Shown: piece after piece, positions 37,880-46,786 of the stretch
Layout of the letters: each line of letters starts with the position of its first letter
Position numbering within the stretch: the first letter of the stretch is position 1
Source: Rotaria socialis
Lineage: Eukaryota
Assembly (NCBI GenBank): GCA_905331295.1
Contig: CAJNYD010000027.1
Span: 62,001-108,786, forward strand
Length of the DNA stretch: 46,786 nt
Direction of reading: 5' to 3'
Notes under the pieces: generated by a model
Database searches by the model: none
What the model saw: only the letters and a program-made list of their open reading frames with translations
What the model was told of the DNA's origin: nothing
Translations under genes and position numbers: made by a program

Positions 37880-38177
37880 GTTTTCTTTATTACCACAATT
37901 AAGCTCAGTTCTGCGACATGATGAGAGAGAGTGAAAAAGACTACATTGATGGTTGTCGTTACGATGAACCAAATGACAAGCATAAGTGTATGGCACATGC
38001 ATTTATTTTGAAAGTAACAGGTGTCTTGAGATGACAAAAGCATAGACAGACATCTCGATGACTTGCTTGTTCACCATAGGTGGGAGACAACATACATTTT
38101 ATTCTATATTTTCTTTTAGATGTAAAACAATGAACAGCAAACTAACATGTATTTTAGAAATCAAATGATGAGGATCG

Positions 38178-41100
38178 ATGAACATGGTTTCCTGTAAAAT
38201 TCTATATGTACTTCCAATGTTATTGACGTTCGGTAAGACTCGTTTACTTCTCGTCTTTTGAGACAAAAGATTATTAATCGCATCATACAATAATCAAAAG
38301 TTCTAATCGGACAGGTGCACTAATCTAAATCTTTGGAACACGATGCACTGAACCATTGTATTTTTAAAAGTCATTTTCTTTTCTTTACTGACGTAATTCA
38401 AAGTTCAAAATTAGCTTCACTGTGTAATTAGGCGTAAGAAGAAGGAAAATGAAAATCTGTTTAAATCGCTATCGGCTTTTCAAAGATTAGCCAAAAAAAA
38501 ATTGATTACCAATTTCCGTATGAAAAATATATAAATGTATATAAGTACTGTTCGAACGTCAAAAGAAAGGGCCGTCGACAACCTGATGGCTATTCAATTG
38601 TCTTTTCCCTATATACAGTTGGGTGCATTATGAAAAAATAACAGTTCTTACATTTCTTTTTTTTTGTTTTTCTACTTATAAAATTGCACTTGTTCTGTTT
38701 ATATCTTTTCTATCCTTTGGGCAAGTCAATGGAAGTTTTTGTCTTGAAAAGAAATAATGATTACGGCTGCCGTATGCATCTGTCAGAGTTATACGCTTGC
38801 GTCACTCGTATACTTATAAAGCGTGTTGTAGAGAGAAAAAGAAAAAAAGGTTCAAGTGCTTATTGAGACGATTACCAAAAGTTGATAGATTGAATACGGC
38901 CCGTTACTCTCATTTATCATAATTATTGTTTAATAATTTAAAAAAAGCAGAGTAAGTCAAAAGAATTTAAATATATTGTCATTTAATACTCGTGTGAATA
39001 TTTGACAAGAAAATTGTTTTATTTCATTTTTCATTTTCAAACTGATAAATAGTAAAGATTAGTCGACATGTATTGTAGACAAATGTCAAGATCGATTAGT
39101 GTCTGATTGAGATCTGTTATCTTTTCTGTCTGTTTTAGGTCTTTCATCAGCTTCATCATTGCCGACCTGTTTTATTTCGACACCGTTTGTCGGCGAATGG
39201 ATACAACCTGGTCTTGCTGATTCGATAACAATCAATAATACATCGTGTTCATTAAAGGGAACATGCATTGCTACTATTGGACACCAAGATGCGAAAAATA
39301 AATTTATCTTTTATAACGAGTAGGTTACATAGAGTATTTTTCATTTTTAAATTCTTCTTCTTCGTTTTTTTTTTCTGTATTACTCATTCGCACTGTTTAA
39401 TATCAAATGATGTAAACATAACAATACTATCTATTCTCACATCTTTATTCAATCCAGACATATATGAGTTCAATTTAGAGACGATGAATAAAACGATTTA
39501 AATCAAATTGCTTGAGCTGTTCATCCATTTTGATAACCTTGCGCGATTTCACCGTCTGCTCTTTCATACGTCTCTATATACAAAAGAATATAACAGTATA
39601 TATATATACATCCTTTGTTTGACTTGGAATCGAGTGAGACATGTACGTAAAAACAAATACAATATTTCAAACTAATCTTAGTAAAAGGGTAAAACTGTGT
39701 GTCAATAGAACACCAGTAAAAGAGAGAAAGGACAATCAAAAATTGTTTTGTTTATTTATGTCTTTTGATTCGTTCAATTTTCTTTTATTTTTTCGTTTTA
39801 TTTTAGACAGACAAGATGTAAACGATGTGTTCTATTTATTTCAAGACATTCAAATGCATTACAATATCGTGAAAGTAAGTACTGAGAAGCATGTCACAAT
39901 ATTTTGTAATTACAATCGATTAGTGTTATTATTAACACTCAATGATCAATATATAGTGATGAGATTTTCTTACTCGCTTTTTCCTATTGATGTTCTCTCT
40001 TTCTCTCTATACATATACGTAATATTTCATCTAGAAAACGATAGACACGTAGTCATGCTTACTTCCGTTGAACAACTGACTATTTTGACAATAGGTCTTA
40101 TGCAAGATTTTCTTCTTTTAACTTCCGTTGTCTTAATGATGACTTGTCTATTTCTTCTAGGCGAATGCTTCGACGCCGACGACGATGACAATACACGTAT
40201 TTGTGGATCAATCACGCCTGATACAGTTTTATATACACTCTTCCGGGGTAAGAAGATAAAATCACATGAAAATAAAATATGTAACCTGTCCATCAAAATC
40301 AACATTAATTAGACGAAAAGAAATCCGGTAGTGCGTGCGTGATAGGATAAAAAAAAGGAAAAAGAAAACGTCCATCGGCAGTGATAATATACTCTCTGGT
40401 GAGCAGACGAAAAGACTGACCGACATGACACATATAGAACAGATGAATGTTCACTGACCTATATAAACACAGGAAATTAGCAAAGCTCCCGGCGCCGCGA
40501 GCTCTCTCTCTGCCGAAATGAACTTATTTTTTTTTACAAACGAAGAGAAGATTGTATCGTATTTTGAAGAAAAAAAAATTATCATGCCTATTAATAATTC
40601 GATTAGAATAAATGGTGAATGATGTTTAATTTTTCTATGTAGAAAATCCAGAATCAATTCCATGCCCATTTGATCAATCGTGGCATTTCGGAAAGACTCG
40701 TCAAGTATCGAAAGTTTGCCATCCGAAAGCTTTTCAACATTGTTTGTCATCAAATACATTTGAAGTATCATATAATAATCAATGTCAAACTAATAAAAGT
40801 AAACACATTCAAAAAAGAAAAGAACACTTTGTTTTTTATAACAAATCATTTTCATTCCAATAGATGTAAGAGCAACATGTTTTGCTCGTTTCACTGATGG
40901 AAATATCAATTATGTTGTTGCTCGAAGTAATGATCGCAAACGATTTGTTTGTTTTGTAAGTTTGATCAATAGAAGCAATAGAAATTTTCAAAAATTTTCA
41001 AAATTTAGTCATATTCAAAAGCAAAACGTGATGAACAACATACGTTGCCCAATGAAGTTTATTTATCGATGGATGAAACATGTCGAGATTTACTTACAAG

Positions 41101-42360
41101 AGAATCAGCTATTGTATTAAATGTACTCCCAGGTAAATAAATTATAAAGAGATTACTAAGTTAATGCTTTCATTTTTATCGGATAAAAAACATAAAATGA
41201 TCCGTCGGTGAAGTTGGAAAAATTCTGAAATTTATTTTGTGTTTTCTTATTGACTAGATACATATCATCGACAGTATGAATCAAAAATTCAATTACCACA
41301 CTGGACTCAAGGAAAATGGTTAACTATTGGAACAAGCAGTATGAATATGAATTCAGTTTATATAAATAATACACAACTTATTATAAAAATCAATGGTGAT
41401 CAAACCATTCTGCATGATTTGAAATTAACTCGACTTGTACTGAAAAGTCGACAACATGAAAATACTATTCGAATTAAAGCTAAATCTTTTGAACAATGGT
41501 AAAAAATTGTTTTCTAAAAATAAGATTTATTATATAATTTTATAGTTCGTCTATTCTCTATTGTATTCAATTAACTTATCGATCCCCCGCAGTTATGGAT
41601 CTTTCAATAGGTAAAATTTTTATTTTATTAAAAGAGAAGAAAGAGAAATCCATTTTCTAATTATTTTATTAGGTTTCGATCAAAATAAATGTCAAGTTAG
41701 TCATTTACATTATACACTTTTCAGTAAGATTTTTTTCTTGTTCTATTCGATTTTCTCTACTTGATTTTGTTAATAAATAGAACCTTCGGCCTCTTCGAAT
41801 ATTTCCTGTCCACAAATGGGTATTTATAGCTCATCGAAAACCTATCGTCCTCTCATTCCCGTTTCAACATGTTCAACCGGTGTTTGGACATTATCTATTG
41901 GATGTGAAACATCGAATAAAAGTGAATTAACATTTTCTTCAGCGTGCCGCCATGAAACCGTACCTGACGTACAAGTTATAACATCAATTAAGGGTATTTG
42001 TCTAGCATCATGGCGTTCAGATGAACAATTTCAGCGTACGATTATTCTTTATGAGCAAACACGAGCTTTTTGTTTGGTAAAACAGTCCTAAAGAAAATTT
42101 TGACTTTCTAATATACGTTCGATTTTTTTCTCTAGATTCAACCATTAAAACCAAACATAGCAAGTTGGATATTGTCAGAATCAAGTTGTACAGAGATCGA
42201 TGTATCATCAATCAATGTTGAAAATAGTTTAAGCTATTCAGATAATTGTCAACATTATATAAAGTCGTCAGAATTTTTAACAACAAATAATAGTTCAATT
42301 GAAAGAATATCTTATTTATTATTTTCTTTTTTACTTGTTCTTTTACTATGCAAGTATTAA
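38178..42360 (+). CDS. Uncharacterised Cys-rich cell-surface protein (signal peptide, C-terminal hydrophobic anchor), multi-exon; resembles invertebrate DUF7042/DUF7044-type proteins
   Basis: Phase-compatible exons: 38178-38232 (MNMVSCKILYVLPMLLTF), 39139-39318 (CFISTPFVGEWIQPG..KGTC), 39807-39874 (CKRCVLFISRHSNALQYRE), 40161-40247 (CGSITPDTVLYTLFR), 40643- (PIPCPF-like ESIPCPF), and further exons to a stop at 42358-42360 after LLFSFLLVLLLC. The family label is from memory and tentative. Confidence 0.7.
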
Positions 42361-43147
42361 CATATATATATATATTTGTGTTTTTTTTTGTGTGATAAAA
42401 ATAAAACTAAAATTATAAAAGAGTTATGAAATCTTCTCATATGTCAATGCTCAAACAGAAATAAACATAATCGGCACGATTTGTCAAAGCGATTCAAAAT
42501 AATTTAGTATCAGTAAATTTTTTATTATGTAACTTAGGCATACATCAAATCTCTAGTTTCTCTACCACATTCATTGTGACGAGCTAATTAAATTTACAGT
42601 TTATTGACAACCGGCAAATCAAATAAGATGTCCCAGTTTTTATATCTAATGAATGCATACGAAATAATTGTGATTAATTCATTACAATCAGCATCCTCAG
42701 CGATGGAAATATCTCAAATAAGTCACGAATGGCTATTTATCTCGGATCATTCGTCCGAGAAAACAAACTACATCATTTACTCAAAGAACCATAAAATTAT
42801 TTTTATTAGCCTTATTATCGGCTTCGCATGCATATGTTTTGAGAAATTAATACTACAAGCATATCATTATGTCTCTGAATCTAAATGTAATCTTGAAATC
42901 AGAATTTTCTCAAGAATCACCGCAATGGTGTCAAAAATTTAGAACGTCATTTTTACCCTTAGACATCAGGTACTACAGAATGTTCCTAGATACTCATCAA
43001 CACAAATCTAAATCTGAAAAAATAGAATCTATTATCTTGGTATCATTTTATCGGTAAACATTTTACGAAAATGAGTACAAGATGAAGAATCGAGAAAAAA
43101 AAAGATCATGAATATGTACATTCCACAAAACCTGACATAAATATATG

Positions 43148-43178
<31 letters not shown>

Positions 43179-43337
43179 CGAGAAAATACAAATAGCTTTG
43201 TTAAATAATCCGAAAAATCAGATTTTGCTACTTCCACAAGAAAAATATATATAACAATAAAAAGCAACCGTACAGACTTACGCACACTGTTTAGAAAAGG
43301 ATAAGTATACAAAAAACAGACGAAAAGAGGACGATTG

Positions 43338-44274
43338 TTAGCTACTACAGCATCCATTTCGTCGTGGTTGAACACTAGGTAATACATCAATCGATTGATT
43401 CTGATGTGCATTTGCATTGTTGGGACCAGATTTTACTCCATCCCATCTTTAAGAAAAGCGTAATATTAAACTCATAGTAGAAACAAAAATAAAATTCTTA
43501 CCCATTTTGTACATGTATACGTCCTTCAATTAACATATCGTAGATCTCTCGTGCAATAAGTGCAAATGCTTCTTGAACATACAGCGACGATTTTGATGAT
43601 GTTTCAATAAAGGACACATTATGAAAATCAGCAAACGCTTTTCCTTCTTCAGTTGTTACCTAAGAGAATAATCGATTAAATAATCATTTTATCTTTTTTA
43701 CAAACTAACTTGTCGTTCAGACTCTCGATCAATTTTAGTACCAACAAGAAGAAAGACACTTTGATACGGTTGAATTTGCGCACGAGCTTCATTCAACCAA
43801 CTTGTGACGTGTGTAAAACTAACGTAATTTGTTGTATCATATATCAAAAGAACACCCACTGAATTCCGATAATATGCACGTGTGATACTTCTATAAAAAG
43901 AAAAGATTGTTTTCGTATGATATTATCTTTTTCGAAAATTGTTTACTTGAATCGTTCTTGACCAGCTGTATCCCATAATTGTAATTTTACTTTAACACCA
44001 GGTTTAACTTCAATAATACGCACATTGAAATCAACACCAACTGTTGGATCCTATTTCAATAGATAGAATTTTAATATTTCAATAAATAGAAACGTTGATC
44101 TTACTGGATCTTGAGAAAAGACTCCATCGCAAAATTTGCGTAGTAGTGATGACTGTAAAAAGAAATAGATTTTTTTTAATCTGATGATTTATTATATTTA
44201 TTTACCTTTCCGACAGTTGAATCACCGACAACAATTAATCGAAATTGATAATCATAACTGTACATACTATCCAT
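43338..44274 (-). CDS. RAB39: Rab39-family small GTPase, multi-exon
   Basis: [67 protein letters not shown] and WDGVKSG. C-terminal prenylation site GCCSS*. Confidence 0.92.
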
Positions 44275-46479
44275 TATGATTAAGACAATATTAATATCTT
44301 TGGCATAAAATAACACAAAAAATATCTGAAAATAGAAGTTAATTGTTATTTGAAAAATTCATAGATATAATAAGATTAAAGCATTTATGCTTGACAAAAA
44401 CAAGTTCAGTGATACGAAAGGCATAGACCTATCGCAAAGCTAACAATTAGACATGGTATGTCACAAAAAATCCAACAATCCGTCTTCTTGTAGTAATATT
44501 ATATTAATTTTTATCTCAATATATTTTTCAACATTTCTCAAGAGATTTTTTTTATTAAAAATGTAATCTGACGTATTGATTATTTAATGCGAAAGTCTTG
44601 TTTGTCACTATGTACTTTATTGTAATGATTAGTCATCAAACAGTTTCTCTCATGTGTTATAAGGAGGAAAAAACATAAACCAAGTGACTCGTTATCAGCG
44701 TCGTCGCACAAAAGAAAAACGAATGATGATGTCAACAGCTGTATGCAGAAGAAAGAAAGAAAGCAAAATAGGCAAATATGAATGGCGTACATTGTCTGAT
44801 TCTTTCAAGACATCATGAATCAATATGTTAAACTTGACAAAGAAATTTTTCTAACTCTAAGAATAGATCAGTGCACGTTTTGTGCTTAAGAAAGATGAAC
44901 TTTGCTATTGCTCGATCTTAGAGTATATTTAGCTGAGAATTACTTAATGTGATATTAAATTATTTTTCTATACAAACCCGTTACTGATTCATGAGTGAGA
45001 TGAGATGACCAGCAAGTGCGTACAATGTCTTGTGATTGATTGAAATAGAAAAATTTTATTTTTTTCTCACTCGCAAGAATAATATTTGTAGCTTATTAAT
45101 GTTTTGAGAAAAATAAATAAATAAATTGGATTATGTATTTTAGTATTTAGCATTACAAAAAATGACAATTTGTGTCAAGTGATCTCATATTTTAAGAAGA
45201 TTTGATTAATTAAATCATTGTGTCTCACTCACGTGAACATGAACATGAAACGAGAACTTTATCGGAATTGGTGTTTTTCTGAGCCATTAAAATTTTTACG
45301 TAAAATTCTACTCAACACTAAAACGCAGCTGAAAATTAAATTTTTAGTCATTTGTAGTTTCTAATAAACATTTATAATCTAATAATACTTGTTTTGTTAT
45401 AGAAATCAAACGATAGATGTCGATAGTGAACAATTACATTCAGATAGCTAAGAATATTAATTATGGAGTGTGAGCATTTGTAGAATAAATGGAACACCAC
45501 ATCTACACCCCCGACCCCGATATCTGACGCTGAGAAATGAATACAGAAGATTTCTCTAAAGAAAAAATGATTATTCTTCCACTAATATCTCGTTGCACTA
45601 GAGTTTTGACACTTGAAATACTTATCGAATCATCATCTACATGGAACAGATCCATAATTTGAGTTCGAAAACAAAATCAAGAAAACAACGACACTTTCTT
45701 TTCCTTTATTCGTGATTATACATGAAAGTATCGCTTTTTTTCAATGGTCAATAATTTTTCGATAATTTAGTTTCAGATGATACTCAAAAACAATCAAGAC
45801 TTGAACCGTTCGGATTTAATTTTCATGTATTAAATATTTTTAAAAAGGGCCGAATATAATCTTTATTATTTTTGATTAAATGGCATAGACAAAAAAATAG
45901 AAAAACGATAAATTCTACCTTTGACAGTATAATGAATACTATTGATAAATGTTAGAATTTTGTATTTTCTGAATGAAAAATTCAAACACCGAAAGATAAA
46001 AAGGAAGAATAATTATATCATATGAAACAAGTAATGAATACTGTAAACCTCGATTATAGATAAGATGATTTTTTTCTACAGAATGAGATTTCCTATAAAG
46101 TGGAATAAATAGATTTTTAGTTGTCGAGTTTGTGCATGTGAAGAATTAACATGAAACAGTTTCATAAGAAAATTTACTACAAACTCATCATGTTTGTTAT
46201 TTGCAAATAATAAATTTAACCTGTAGCTCTTGAGTTTTTGTATACATAAAATTTGAGAGAATCGACTAAACTATAATTACTTGTATTTTTGTTTTCCGTT
46301 TTCAATGTCAAAAATTTAGTATTTACTCTTGATCGTATTAGTTCCATACGTGGGCAAGTCGGTAAACTCAACTTTGGTCGACAGTAAAAATGTCGAAAGA
46401 AATTTATGAAAATAAAATTAAAAAATCCAAAAGAAGGAGTGTTATGAAAGATATTCGATGAATATGTTATTATTGTAGG

Positions 46480-46654
46480 CAGTGGCGGACCTACCAGTTA
46501 GGCTAGCGGCCATCGCCACCCCCCTTAAGAAACTTTTTCGATTTTTTCCTGCAGAAATGAAACAGAAAATCGTCGTTCTGTCGCAACTAGACTTGAAAAA
46601 CCGCTTTTTGGCCAGGAGTACCACTCCCTAACAGATTTTCTGGATCCGCCATTG
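46480..46654. mobile_element. hAT-type MITE (175 bp)
   Basis: Termini CAGTGGCGGACC and GGATCCGCCATTG are imperfect inverted repeats. The 8-bp target-site duplication is ATTGTAGG (46472-46479) / CTTGTAGG (46655-46662), 7 of 8 identical. GC-rich relative to its flanks. Confidence 0.85.
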
Positions 46655-46786
46655 CTTGTAGGATTGATGGCGACTTATGTTCGTTTAAATCTATCATTGG
46701 TCTATCAGACATTGGTCACTTAGTACAATGTAATAGAAAAGAATAAGAAAATTATTCTTCAATTATTCATTATTCGAGTGATAAAT

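Noticed and set aside
39641..40312. 223-aa hydrophobic ORF
   Set aside because: Mostly intronic read-through; only ECFDADDDD..LFR (40161-40247) is an in-frame exon of the surface-protein gene.

Overview
AT-rich eukaryotic (animal) genomic DNA with many short GT-AG introns of about 50-62 nt. Core metazoan genes sit beside bacterial- or fungal-type genes, which suggests a bdelloid rotifer (inference). In order, the window holds: a CIN85/CD2AP-type triple-SH3 adaptor (+); the PP1-beta catalytic subunit (-); TMA7 (+); three abutting spliced single-TM microprotein ORFs (+); an intronless ferric-reductase-like membrane oxidoreductase of fungal/bacterial type (-); a Tc1/mariner-type MITE; a rhodopsin-like GPCR (+); an intronless fungal-type arginase (+); nucleobindin (-); two tandem secreted antistasin+Kunitz genes, the second with an extra bacterial YbaY/YscW-like exon (+); three U3 snoRNA genes (+); a Cys-rich/Kelch pseudogene (-); a Cys-rich cell-surface protein (+); Rab39 (-); and a hAT-type MITE. 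The strongest novelty candidate is 10388-11310, an apparent tricistronic animal mRNA for three membrane microproteins. Its evidence is an ATGA stop/start overlap, a 2-nt spacer, weak-weak-strong start contexts and no internal ATGs in the two upstream ORFs, which together fit leaky scanning. The second candidate is the YbaY-like domain held as a symmetric phase 1-1 exon in a protease-inhibitor gene. All exon models and family calls were made by eye, with no database searches.
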